A DNA stretch of 63,800 bases, the filler included, from an uncultured bacterium (GTDB lineage Bacteria > Auribacterota > CAZIXI01), in the NCBI GenBank assembly GCA_964543115.1. It is 3 parts of 3 records of this genome, joined end to end, with 100 filler letters (N's around TTAATTAATTAA, not from the genome) between each part and the next. Parts side by side here need not be neighbours in the genome. Positions count along the whole stretch, not along the records: positions 22,538 to 44,381 come from CAZIXI010000026.1; positions 44,482 to 63,800 come from CAZIXI010000038.1; 1 more part is not named here. One strand, 5' to 3'. The notes under the pieces were generated by a model. It was not told the origin of the DNA and searched no databases. It saw only the letters and a list, made by a program, of their open reading frames with translations. A program made the position numbers and the translations under genes. Below, piece by piece: positions 34,201-46,630 of the stretch; position 1 is the stretch's first letter; the number at the start of each line of letters is the position of its first letter.

Positions 34201-37200
34201 TAACCCGTTGACCAAATGAATAAGCAGCCGGGCTATCACTGCTTTCGGTATACCTACCAGAAAGTCCGGCAGTAAGCACCGCACCCAATAACCTATATCT
34301 GGCCTGCACATCCGCATCCACTAATTCCGACTGCCGGCCGTCGACCCGGTGATCATCAACCTTGCGCACATAACTCTGCCAATTATCTGCCCTGAGCTGT
34401 TGGGTTGCTTCCTGGCTGCCACTAAAAAGATTAATTCTATTTACCGTTACCCGGTCAACCTTACCTTTCTCCTCTTCCGTTACTATCTCCAGACAAAAAT
34501 CCTGAACGATATTATAGGGTTTAAACAATTGTGTACCGGTTTCCGCTTCATAGCGGCGGTCGGTAAAAAATGCCAGATTTTCCATTTCCCGCAAATAACG
34601 CGGACCATAAGAAACAAATCTGCTGGTAGTTACCTTTCTGCCGTTAACAGTACTTTCATATACATATTCCAGAAAATCAAGATCAATCGCATTATTAGGG
34701 TCCTTCAGCCGTGTTGTCACTTTATGCTTCCTGATGGTTTTCAACCCCCCCACCCTTTTATCAATGGCCTCCACCTGTTTATCCTGTTTAATATCAGCAT
34801 ATTTCATTAATTCCATTTTGCTCTGGGCATACATTAATAAACTATACTGGTAAGCATCTGCCTCTGCTGTGATCAGCCGCCCGCCATTACTCTCCCGCAG
34901 AATTTCCCAACTCCGTTTCTGATGCAGCCAATATTCATAGGCCTGCAAAGCCACACTCCTAAGCGCTGATTCAGTTGTGGCCAGAGTAACAGTTTTCTGT
35001 TTGCTGGTATTTTGATAAACAAGATCAAGATAACTCTCAACATCCGCTGCTGAAATATCCTTAACTGACAATAAAACAGGAATTTGTTGACCCACCTCAC
35101 CAGCCTGCAGGCCGGTTTGCGCCTTGGTTACTTGCTGAAGCACGTAACGATAAGCATTTAAATAACAGACTAATTCTTCATATTTGCCAAACTGCACAAG
35201 CCCCTTTGTCTGCATGGACCGCTTAATTGTGTCTAAATTAATTTCCCCCGCCTTAAGTTTATCCATAAATGAACCCGCAAGCGCACTCATTTTTCCTAAC
35301 CGTTCGGCACCATACTGCTGGTGCATTTTTGCCAAAACCTGCCTGAGCCTCTGCATAATCCCCTGGTCTTTTAGGCCGCCTAAACCCGGCAATTGATCGG
35401 TAATGGCTAATTCAGTCCAAAGCAGATCTATTTGTGTTTCTAAGTCACGCAGCAAACTACTATTTTGCGCAATCAATATTCGTGCCTGTTCTGCTTCCGC
35501 AGCATCAATAACAGTAGGCTCTCTCTCTTGTCCCAAAAGATTAGCCAATTTCCGCTTTAACTCCGGCAGCTGCCCTTGCTGGCGGTCCCGCGCCGCCCAG
35601 TACTGCATCTCCAACAGTGTTTTACCGGTGTCTACGAGAACAGCACGCTTACTCTTATACACCGGTAGTTTTGTACCAACAGCACTTGATCCCGCCTGCT
35701 CCAGTACCACTGTTGCCCCGGCCAAGAAGCTTGACGCGGTGGTAACTGTTTGTTCCGTTACCCTTTTCCAGCCACCAGTCAATGGACCGGCAATAAGTTG
35801 TTTTTCTCGTTCCATCCACTTTCTGGTTAACGGCCGGGCCGTTGCCCTTCTTTCAATACCGATATCTTTTTGAATTGAATTAAATAATTTTGCCTGTAAT
35901 TTATTAAGATCCTGCAAACCATCATTAATCTTCCGCCACTGGCCATCATCAGTCACCGGGGATACGATACGCATCGTCCATACCCGGCGTCTTCCCTGCT
36001 GCTGGCGTTGAAATTCCAGAATCTCTCGTGCCTTACCGCCCACAACCAATTCATAGCGCCAGGCCTTAAAAGAACCTTTCTTTTCATATATATACTTTCT
36101 TATTTTATAACCTGCTTGCCCTGCCAACCTTAACTGTCCAGCATAAACAATATTAGCCTCTTTCTCTTCAATTTCTTTCAGTACCGCACTGGCTGGTGAA
36201 ACCATAAACCGCACATTTGAACGCGCCCTAATATAATCACGCAGCGCCTGTTGATAACGGCTGCTGTGCCGGCCGGCTTTTTCCGCCAGTTTCATTCTCC
36301 TGATCACACTGCGGTAATAACGAAGCCATTGCTGCACCCGTACCTGACCGGCAGCATGCTGAATTGCCGCCAGCTGGCCCGTCTGCTCAATCTGTTTGCT
36401 TAGGGCCTCAATTGTCTTTAGCTGTTCCGGAGAGAGATCGGCAGAATTTATCAAGCCAATATTTACTAAATTAGTTACCAGGGCAAAAGCCAGCGTAAAA
36501 ACATTAGTTGATATTGGCACAGCAAGATGATAATCCTTCTGCGTGGCTATTCGTTCAATCCTGGCCTGCAATTCCGCCGCTAATAATCCCAGCCTTACTG
36601 TCTCCTGGGCAACAGCGGGAAGCTGAAAAGGAGCATGTGTTTTATAAACACCTTCTACGCTTTTCAGCTGCTGATGGATTCTGGTAAAATATTTATCTAT
36701 GCTGCGTCCGCGGGAAACCTGCGCCACCCTCACACGCCGGCCCCGGGCATCTAAACGCACAGCAGTTTTTCTGCCCGCCTGCCAGTCCTGGTATTCTCCG
36801 ATTAGTGATTGCAGTGTCTTCAATTCAGCCATTAACTTTCGTTTACCTTCACCATCATTGGCATTTGCTAAAATAATCAGCCAAAGAGACAGCCGTTTTT
36901 CCAAATTATCTATCGCCTCCTTTTTGCTGCTGGATCTGCGCACATCAGAAAATTCGGCCAACTGTTTATCCAGGTCCTCTCCCAGCACCACCGCTGGCAC
37001 CGGCGCAACATTACCAAGAAGCCCATTAACAAATTCCGGCGTCAGTGCCGTCGGAATTAATTTACGTTTAAACGCCTCCTGAACATTTCTCACTCCCAGG
37101 GCCTGCGCCTTATCATGCAAACGGCCATATCTTTCTTCCAGTGCGGTAAGTTTCTCCAAATCCTCTCTTGTTTGTTCTCCCGCATGCATCTTTTGCGTAA

Positions 37201-40200
37201 TAGCGCCAATTTCACCCTGCAATTTAACTAAATCCGCCTGAATCTCCGTCAATCTTTTCCCCTTCTGTTCATTAACAATAATTTCCGGATCAGTCAGGTA
37301 CAACCAAAGCAGCTGCGTTAGCAACAATTTTCGTTTGGCCTCAATTCTCTCTGCTGCGGTTAACGGATCAACGCGCCCGTCTGTACTGTTTACCTTAGCA
37401 TCCCAGCGTTCAAATTCTTCCGCCGCCTTAACCAGATTAAAATAGGTAATAATAAGCAGGGCCTTTAATTTTCCCCTGAGAAACTGCTGTTTTAATTGTG
37501 CCCAGTCCAGCCGAATCCGTTCAGCCTCTGCCTCATTATTACTGATAATGAACTCAATCACCGGATTAAGCGATGAAAGACTGGTACATGTCCAATTAGT
37601 TGTCCAATCAGCGGCATCATAGCCTAAATCCAAACCAATTCCCCAATTTAAAATTACCTGCAGATTCTGTTCAGCCATGGCCAATGCCGCCTTCGCCTTT
37701 TCTTCACCTAGCCCGGCTAAACGCGCCGAAAGACCTTCCAACACAGAATAATTAATTACTTTTTGCACTTGTGCCTGCACCTCTGCCGCAGTACCTTTCT
37801 GCATGGCAGCCGGCTCTACCATATCCGGCACCAATCCGCGCAGCTGGTCCCGCTTGCGCTGGAGCGAAACCAGTGAACCGGCATAGGCCTGCCAATCCTG
37901 TGCAAATAACTCATCCAAATACTTACCATAAGCGGCAACAGAATCATAAAGGGCCTGCAAACCGCCATTCTGTAAGTAACTACTAAGATCAACACCATCC
38001 GCACCCACAGCAAACAATTCTTCCATGCCGGCAACCACTGCTGCCGCCTTTAACTGCCGGTAACCATCCCGCAAACTGCTTCTTCTGGCGCGTAAATCGG
38101 CAATCTGTTTATCTATCTCCGCTAACCGCAGCCGATGATCGCTCTTACCCCATATCTCAGTGCGCACAGTCAGTCCTATTCTTAACTTAATTAATTTATA
38201 CCAATCCTCATCCGAAGTAGTTGACCCATACTCTATACCCACTCCCACTTTTGTCTGAAAAACACGATTATACCAGGCACGATCAACCTCGGCCTCAGCC
38301 AGCGCCGCATCTGCTCGTCTTTGCTCAGCGGTTTTACCCTGTGGTTCTCCTCTTAATATACCCAGATCACCTCTTTTATCAATTACCTCTTTCATCACGC
38401 CCAACACCTCATCATCCGCCAGATCCGCCTGTAACTGCCCGTTAATCTGCGCCAGGGCAAAAGCAATCACCTGCGGGTAATCATCAATACCAATAGCCGC
38501 ATCTTTTCCGCTCTGTTCCGCATACTGTCTAACTATATCTGTTGAGCCCGCACCCTGGAGACCATATGCCTGCTGCAGATACTTCTGCCAGGCCAGGCGG
38601 GCAACACGGGAATTGGTGCGCCGCATCTGTGCACTCACCCGCACCATTTCCATAAACGCCTTATCCGCAGCACTCACCTCCGACAAATCCGCTATATACC
38701 TAAAATTATTCGCCTGCGGGCCAACCGGTGCCAAACTACTAAATTTCCCTCTCATCATTTCGCGGAATATCAACCATTTATAAGCAGCCTTATCCCGTTT
38801 AGTCATTCCTCTTCTTCCTGCCGCCTTGCTAAAAAGTTGACCTCTGAGCTTTTCATAGTGATCGGACATTTTAATAAATCGCCACCCATCACTACTCTTA
38901 TACGCTAACTCTACCTGTTCCATCCAGCCTTTGCCTTTATCCTTACCCTCACTAATTATCCCCGGACCGTTTAGGTCCAAAGAAACCGGCTGCTGACCAT
39001 TAATCTTTGATCTTATCCCGATCTCCACACCCTGGCGGTATGCCCGGGTTACAGTCTCCGCCGGTTTACCAGCAACTGCCTCTGCTACCAACACACGAAT
39101 ACTTTCATCATCCTCTCCATCCGTTATTAATTCTAATCCTAGCTCATAACCATGAACATAGTTTATTAACTCTTCATTATCAGCAAAATCACCAAGTCCC
39201 AACATCTGGGCCATGGCCGCCGCACCATCACTACTGACATTCAGTGTAAGCACTTCACCTTGACTATAACCTGCTCCCGCCGCTGGAGAATCATCAATTA
39301 TTTCTACCTGCTCTCCAAATCGCCTATAATAATGTTCCGCAACCTGAACGAAATCTTTAGCCACCTGGCCAACAGCACGTCTGGCCTGCTGCTCACCGCT
39401 ATATAATCCCTTTACCGCCAGCTGTTGTGTTCGTGTACGCACAAACTCTGCAATCGGCACTAATGGCCGAAATTCAGCATTATAACCATATTCCTGAGCC
39501 AGCAAACCACCGCTATATTCATTCAATTCAAACATAACCCCCTGCAGCCAATCCGCACCCGCCGCCTGAACAATATCCTGCCGCTGCTTGTAATAGGCAT
39601 CCACATAATAAAGATAATTTGTATAAGCCCTTTCCAGCATTACCCGGTTTTTCTGAAAACTGTTCAGATCTAAATAAATTCCTGTAACCAGGAAAAGGGA
39701 TTCAATCCCCTTTTGTTCTGCCTCTCTGGCCAAACCCGCTTCCGCGCTCACTTCCCCAATAGCAGCATTACGTACAGTCTGCTGCAACACTTCATAAGAG
39801 TCCCGTAACCGTTCTACTGCCTGTTTATAGACATCAGATTTCCCTAGGGCTTGCGTAACAAAATCCCCCAACTGCAATTGGCCCTTCGTCATGCCCGCCA
39901 GCACTTTCCCGCCTTCATCTGTACCTGCTAATTTAAGCACACCATGCAAATGATCAACAAAACCGTCCAGGAACGGATATAATTTAGTTGTTTTCAGTTC
40001 AGCAGGTAAAGGTACCTGCTGATAATAACGGCGAAGCAATTCTTTTGCCTTGGCAGGATTATCAATTAAATAACCAAACAAGGTATCCACAATCTCCGCT
40101 GCCCGGCGGCTATCCAGTTGCTGGCCGGCACCAGCAATAATACTTACTATTTCTTCTGTAATCGTAAAGCGTATACTTTCATCAATAAAGCCAATATTAT

Positions 40201-43200
40201 ATTTGCCATAAGCCCGATTAATTGCTATTCTTAAATTTTCCTGTAAGGACACTGCCTTGGCTCTGTCCTCTGCCTTCACTTGAGTCTGACCCACCCGGCG
40301 CTGGGTTCTTCTTCTTTCAGAAGTAAGCTCTGTCTTGGCCAATAAGGGCTTCTCTTCCGGCGTTTCTACCTCTAACTCCTCACTTGCCGCCAGCCACTGC
40401 CGTTCTTCCGCAGAAAAAAGTCCCGGCAAAGCTGCATCTCCCCGCAAATCAAGTAAGGAGCGCGCAATCATGCCCATTGCTGAAGATTCTCCGAATTTCA
40501 TCCCTGCCGGCAAATCAACCAATTCCCTTTCCAAATGACCGATCTGTTTTACCCATTCCTGCAGCTGGTACCATTCTTTCAACAAGGCGACAGCCTCCCT
40601 TTCTTCCAGCCCATATTGCTCTCCCGTAAGAATTTCTTTTATCGAAGGATGTGTTTCTCCGTCCTTGTCTTGATATCCATAAAATAGTATCCGGCGGTAA
40701 ATATTCAGGGAATCACCGTAACGGCTCCAATCAGCCAAAGCCTGATCCCGCAATTCCCGGTACTGTTCTGTTCTGGTTTGTACCTCTAGCTGACCGCCCA
40801 CTTGTATTCCTGCCAGTTGTTCGGTTGTGCGCAGGGCAGCAGCAACCTTTCTCGTACTTTCCGCCTCTGCCGGTGAAACATCAAATTCCGCCAATCTTTC
40901 CATTAATCTTTCATATTCCGGAGTTAACGGCTCTAATTCATGCGCCGATTGGATCCCAGCTAGATCCTCCCACGTCTCCCAATCCGCCAAGGCCTGCCGG
41001 CCTTTCTTCCCTGTAGTCACGGCAAAATATTTATCCAAGCTGTCTTCATAAACTGCCTGCTCTTCAGCAGATACAGGCCTTTCTTCCCCCACCAGCATTC
41101 CGCGCCAAGTATACATTATATTATGGGCATCTTGGGGTGAAAGACGCTTATTATTGTGTTTAGTTAATAAATACATATATTTGGCAATCTCTGCCGCCAC
41201 TGTCTCTGCATCAGCCCGGGCCCCCGCCTGCCACTTCCGCAGCATAAGTGTATATTTTTGCAGTTGAGCATATTTACTGAAATACACGGATAATCCGCTA
41301 ACCGCCAAGGCAATTCTTTCCCGCAATTGTGTCTGTACATCCTGCCATAAGACCTTTTGATCTGCCGGTGTCAGTGTCAACTCACCTTCATAAAATTTAT
41401 GATAAATTTCCTTTTCTTCTGTAGACAGTGTCTGGGCCAGCAACCGGCGGTGCTCTGCCGGCATTTCCTCTCCGGTACGCTGTTTATATAATCCCGCCAA
41501 CATCTCAGCATCAAACTCCTTTTCTTGCCCGCTTAACTGATGATAATAGCGCAAACTCTGCCAGAGAGCGGAATAGCCGGCAACACCCCGCTGTGCTGCT
41601 TCGAGACCATCACGATGGATCCTGCTAAAACCAGCCAATACCGCCCTGACCTTATCCCCAGCAATTCCCGCGGAAGCCAATTTATCCTGCAGGGGAGCCA
41701 TATCCAGATCACGATCTAAACGCCCGACCAGTGCCTCCGGCGAAAGAGAAACAGCAGCCAACGCCTTATCAATAGCAATAGTCCAGTCAATCAGACGAGC
41801 AACCTCTGCTAAATCTTCCGCTTGTGTTTTTCTTAGTTCAAAAGCCATCTCTTCTAGCGCAGCAATTGATTTTCTATCTAAAACAGTGATCGCATTTAAC
41901 ACAGGTAAGCGGCTAAGAACATCTTCATCACTAATCCCAGCCAGTGTGGCGTTAAGCTGTGCCAATATTTGCTGTCTCTTTTCCTTAGTCTCCTGCTGAA
42001 GTTGATAGAGAGCGCTGGTAAGCTGCAAATCGCGTTTAATTGAATCCCAGAGCTGGGGAATGTCACCATATTGCGTAGTTACACCTAAACGCAAAAGCTC
42101 TTTTTCCAAGGCAACCAATTCTTTTTCATTCAGTTGTGATAAATTAGTAACTGTCAGCTTTAACAGAATTTCTTCACCTACACCAGCAATCTGTTCTTTA
42201 AGCAGTCCCAATTTATAGGGCAGTAATAAACCGCTGTTGCGCGCATGAAAAAATCCATACCAGTCATCATCCGTTACCAGGTCCGCCTGCACCGCGCCTG
42301 CTTGCTGACGGGCAAAAATCATCGCCATTTTCATGCGCTCCGCCGCCTTCTGTTTATAGGCAGCCAACTCAAAATCACTGATTTCCTGTCCCGTTGCCCG
42401 TAAATACTCTACCACCGTGTGTTCATCCCACTTTCCCGTAGCCGGAATACCTTGAGACCTCTGGAATTCCCTAATAATTTCCGCATAAGCTTCCGCCCGT
42501 AAGGGATTAACATCAACCGGATAATCCTGCGGTTTACCAATTCCAGTGGGCAGGGCCTTCGCTCCAATAACAATATCTACATAGGCCTTGAGTGTTTCTT
42601 TAGCCAATCCCTTGGCAAAAACATCATTTAAGATGGTTAATTTGGCCCACAACAATTTGTGGGGTTTAACTTCTGCCGCATCCAACATTGATTTTCTTAA
42701 AAATCCTTCCCTTAAAGATTCCTCTCCATAAAGCTCAATCAACAGATCCACTTCCGCTTCACCATAATTTTCCCTCATTTGCGTAAGCGGATCTATTACC
42801 ACTGGCTGATCTGCCATTAGTTTTTCAATTAAATTCGCCAGCCCCAAATACACCACTGATAAAAGTACAACAACCAAACCAGTTAAAATCGTACCGGCAG
42901 TGGAACGCAGCAACCAATGTTTTAATTTACCCGCCCGCTGTTTTTCCTCTGCTAACCCCAGCCGCTGGGATAAATCAGCCAATTTACTATATTTTGCCAG
43001 AAGCTCATTCTCATTCTTCCTATTAGTAGCCAACCGTACTGCCTCGACAACAACCACTCCCGGTTCATCCCCCGGACAGCCAACAGCAGCCAGATCAGCC
43101 ACAGTAACCGCCTTAGCACTAAGCGCCGCCTTAAAATTCGCCTCAATAAAATCCCGTACTTCCGTATCCGGCGCAATAACCAAATCAAGCCCGTGAATAA

Positions 43201-44381
43201 ACTTTTTCAATTTAGCCTTATTTGCAACCAATTGCATCAATGTATCAGCTCCCGGCTGATTATCATCCCCCTCACCCATCAGCTCTAACGCAATGGACAT
43301 TAGCTTTTCCTGCTGTTCATCGAGTGTTAAGGGCAAAATCTCTACCTTGCCTCCGGCCAAATGAGAAGGTAATGTTTTTTGTACCTGATCAACATAACTA
43401 CCCGTTTCAATACCTTCCGGCACGACAACTCCAATCTTCACTTTTCCCTGCTCACGGCAGCCACCTTCACCATAAAGCAAATCAATCAGGTAAGGACTAA
43501 AACTGCGCAATTCCTCAATTAAGAGCGGCCGCAACTCCTCATCGCGGGCATACATTTTAAACCGATCAAGAATCACCTGCTGGTAAATACCGTCTATTTT
43601 ATCCCGACAATATATTTCCAGATGTTTCCGAATATCTGCCCGGGCATCTGCTTCAATTGTTTCTGCTTTTCCAGTATCTTGCCCCGGTAAGATCTGGCTT
43701 TCATAGGCAGGAATACTGTCTTCAATAAACGCCGCCAAAGAATCACTGGATCTTTCCGAATAGACAAATGTGCGATTTACAGATATGGTACTATTTCCCA
43801 TTTTAGAAAACAGTTTCCGACCTTCTCCTTCCTTAACAATAATCCTTATCCGCGGCAAGTTGGTTAAAAAACCCTGGTAATCAGCTCCCTCCGCCAATAA
43901 CATCTCTTCCAAAACGATAATCATTCTCTTTACTACTGCAAAATTGCCCTGTTCATCAGTCTCGAAATCAAACTCAAGCTGAAAATAACTATTAGACCCA
44001 TTAAATTTTTCCACTAACTCTTCTGCTTCCTGCTCTGACATAACAATCTGTCTCTTAACCGCTAAAAGCACCTCTTTTTCCAACAGATCAACCGGCTTAG
44101 CCATATTTACAGTAATTACCCATCTGTTAGTTAGATAAGTATACCCCTGCTCCGTCACCTCCTCCTGTATCACATCAACCGCTGCTGCCTGCGGATCATT
44201 TATCAGCCGAACATTAACTCCTTTAAAATCCCTTCCATAATCCACAGATACACCGCTGATTTCTCTCTCTAAACTCTCCACCCGGGAAACAATCCCTTCT
44301 CTTTTAAGAAATAGATTTACTTCTTCACTGCCAATATCAGTATCTGCTTCTATCTGGATTCCCTTCTGCCTCCTGCTGTTG
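28283..44381 (-). CDS. Giant envelope-associated protein (5'-partial, >5,360 aa): TM helix, PG-binding motif, coiled coils, TolC-like segments, internal beta-barrel-like region, helical repeats
   Basis: Frame is open from the contig edge 44381 through the track start 44281. TM helix TILTGLVVVLLSVVYLGL (~42830-42895); IREFQRSQGIPATGKWDEHT (PG_binding_1-like, ~42400-42500); alternating amphipathic beta strands ~33270-34240. Confidence 0.9.
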
Positions 44382-44481
44382 NNNNNNNNNNNNNNNNNNN
44401 NNNNNNNNNNNNNNNNNNNNNNNNNTTAATTAATTAANNNNNNNNNNNNNNNNNNNNNNNNNNNNNNNNNNNNNNNNNNNN
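44382..44481. other. Artificial contig-join linker
   Basis: 44 N + TTAATTAATTAA + 44 N; murG and the giant ORF are both cut here. Confidence 0.95.
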
Positions 44482-45481
44482 CCGCTCCTTGTTCAACTAG
44501 AGAGCGGCTATTCTTCAATTGATGCTTATCGGCGCTATACGGATAAGGAATAAAAATCGCCGGCAGCCCAAACGATAATATTTCACTGATGCTGCTGCTG
44601 CCTGCCCGGCTAATAACCAGATCCGCCGCGCTGTAATTAACCGCCATCGCAAGAGAAAAATCCTTAACACAACAAGTAAACTCCATCTGCTGATAAGCAT
44701 TAACAACCATTGCCGAATTACCTCTGCCGCAAAGATGAATTAACTGCATCTGCTCCCTGAACTGCCGCAGACCGGGCAGTGCGGCAAGCAGCAATTCATT
44801 TATTTTCTGACTCCCCTTACTGCCCCCCATAACCAGTATCGTCAATCGCTCCGGATATAATCCCAATTCTTTCCGGGCCGCACCCGGCTGCAGATGTTCC
44901 AGTAAACGTACCGGCATTCCGGTAAAAACACAATCACGGCCGCACCAATATTTTAGCGTCTCCGGAAAACTAACCAGAATCCTGGCGGCCAGGGGCGCAA
45001 TAAACCGATTCGCTTTTCCCGGAACAATATTCTGTTCGTGAATTATTGCCGGAATCCCCAATAGCCGGGCAGCTACCAGCACCCCTGCCGCCGCGTATCC
45101 GCCGGTAGCCAGCACTAAATTCGGCCGCCAGCAGACCAACCGGGATAATGCCTGCACAATACTGACCAACTGACTAACTCCGAAATAAAGGAACAAAAAA
45201 GGATTCCTGCTGACCAGCCCCACAGCAGCTAGCTGCCGGTAGGAATATCCGGCAGCAGAGAGCAATTCTCCACCCTTTTTGTTTACTGATCCGAGAAAGA
45301 ACACTTTCATTGCCGGATTTCTCTTCCGCAATGAATCCGCAACTGCCAGGCCGGCGGTCAAATGACCGCCGCTGCCCGTACAGGCAATAACAATTTTTTT
45401 CAAGGGCCCTCGCTTCACTCGGCCACCTGTCCCCGACAAGTCGGGGGCATTCTCCATTGTTAATTGTCCTTTGTCCATCAT
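44482..45481 (-). CDS. murG: Undecaprenyl-PP-MurNAc-pentapeptide GlcNAc transferase (3'-partial)
   Basis: CTGSGGHL, LATGGYAA, HEQNIVPGKANR, VMGGSKGS, ISRAGSSSISE, IPYPYSADKHQLKNS; position after ftsW. Confidence 0.97.
45431..45481. repeat. REP-like palindrome plus degenerate heptamers in the murG 5' end
   Basis: CCCCGAC-AA-GTCGGGG at 45431-45446; minus-strand ATGGACA AAGGACA ATTAACA ATGGAGA at the start of the ORF. Confidence 0.6.
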
Positions 45482-46630
45482 TTATCGTCTATCGTTAATT
45501 ACATCACGCGCCATTGACGAACCACTGGCCACTCTCTTTACGGTAGAGCGATGGACACTCAAGATAATTCCCATTCCCAAAAGATTCATCACCATCGCCG
45601 AACCGCCAAAACTAATAAAAGGCAAAGGCAATCCTTTCGTGGGAAAAGAACCGGTTACTACACCGATATTAATTATCGTTTGAAACGCGATATTAGAAAT
45701 AATCCCAATAGCCAGCAAATGGCCGAAAAGGTCCAATGAACGCATGGCGATCCGGACAGCGCACCAGATTAAGCCGAGAAAAAGAATAACCACAAAGGCC
45801 GTTCCTAAAAATCCTAATTCTTCACCAATAATCGAAAAAATAAAATCTGTATGAGCCGCCGGCAGATAAAGCAATTTCTGGCGGCTCTGCCCCAAACCAA
45901 CGCCAAAAATGCCGCCGGAACCGAGAGCGAGAAAAGACTGGACGATCTGGAAACTGATTCCCTGCGGATCATCCCAGGGATGAAAAAAACTCAGAATCCT
46001 TGCCCGCCGGTAGGGCATGGAAAAAATAAATACATATAAAAAAGGCAGGGCACTTAATCCCATAATCATTAGATATCTCAACCTGGCCCCGGCAACGAAT
46101 AAAATAACGGCAACCACCATGGCAATCCCTATACTGGTGCCCAGATCGGGCTGTAAGAGAACCAGCCCCAGGACAACGCCGACGGCAACAAGCGGGGGAA
46201 CCATCCCCCGCCAAAACTCCTGAATCCAGCGCTGTTTGCGGATAAAAGCGTCACTGAGATAAATAATTAAAACCAATTTGGCCATTTCCGCGGGCTGAAA
46301 CGTAAACCCGCCTACCCTTAACCATCTGCTGGCACCGCCGGCCCGGTGCCCCAGCCGGGGAATGAAGGTGCCTATAAGTAGAATGATTACCAGCAGCAGC
46401 AACGGCCGGCTGTACTTTCGCAGAATGTGATAATCCGCGCGCCAGGCCAAACACATAATACCAAGACCGATAACAATCCAGACCAAATGACGTTTCAGAA
46501 AAAACAGATTATCTCCATATTTATCCTGCGCGTAGATAGCGCTGGTACTGTAGATCATCACCGTCCCCATTCCGACAAGAAGAAGGATAATGAACAGCAG
46601 CCAGATATCCAAATTAGTTTTTCTTTTCAT
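45482..46630 (-). CDS. ftsW: Peptidoglycan polymerase FtsW (SEDS family)
   Basis: GGASRW, FQPAEMAK, LQPDLG, FQIVQS..ALGSGG, LPAAHTDFIF, GLPLPFISFGGS; dcw position. Confidence 0.97.
   Translation of the reverse strand: MKRKTNLDIWLLFIILLLVGMGTVMIYSTSAIYAQDKYGDNLFFLKRHLVWIVIGLGIMCLAWRADYHILRKYSRPLLLLVIILLIGTFIPRLGHRAGGASRWLRVGGFTFQPAEMAKLVLIIYLSDAFIRKQRWIQEFWRGMVPPLVAVGVVLGLVLLQPDLGTSIGIAMVVAVILFVAGARLRYLMIMGLSALPFLYVFIFSMPYRRARILSFFHPWDDPQGISFQIVQSFLALGSGGIFGVGLGQSRQKLLYLPAAHTDFIFSIIGEELGFLGTAFVVILFLGLIWCAVRIAMRSLDLFGHLLAIGIISNIAFQTIINIGVVTGSFPTKGLPLPFISFGGSAMVMNLLGMGIILSVHRSTVKRVASGSSMARDVINDRR

Noticed and set aside
43130..44250. GT-B-like and degenerate zincin-like domains at the start of the giant ORF
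   Set aside because: Only vague resemblance (LDLVIAPDTEVRDFI; TISVNR...LAAFIED) with no catalytic motif; needs an HMM or structure search.
44281..45481. Giant gene as the next member of the dcw operon after murG
   Set aside because: An artificial contig linker lies between them and both genes are truncated at it.
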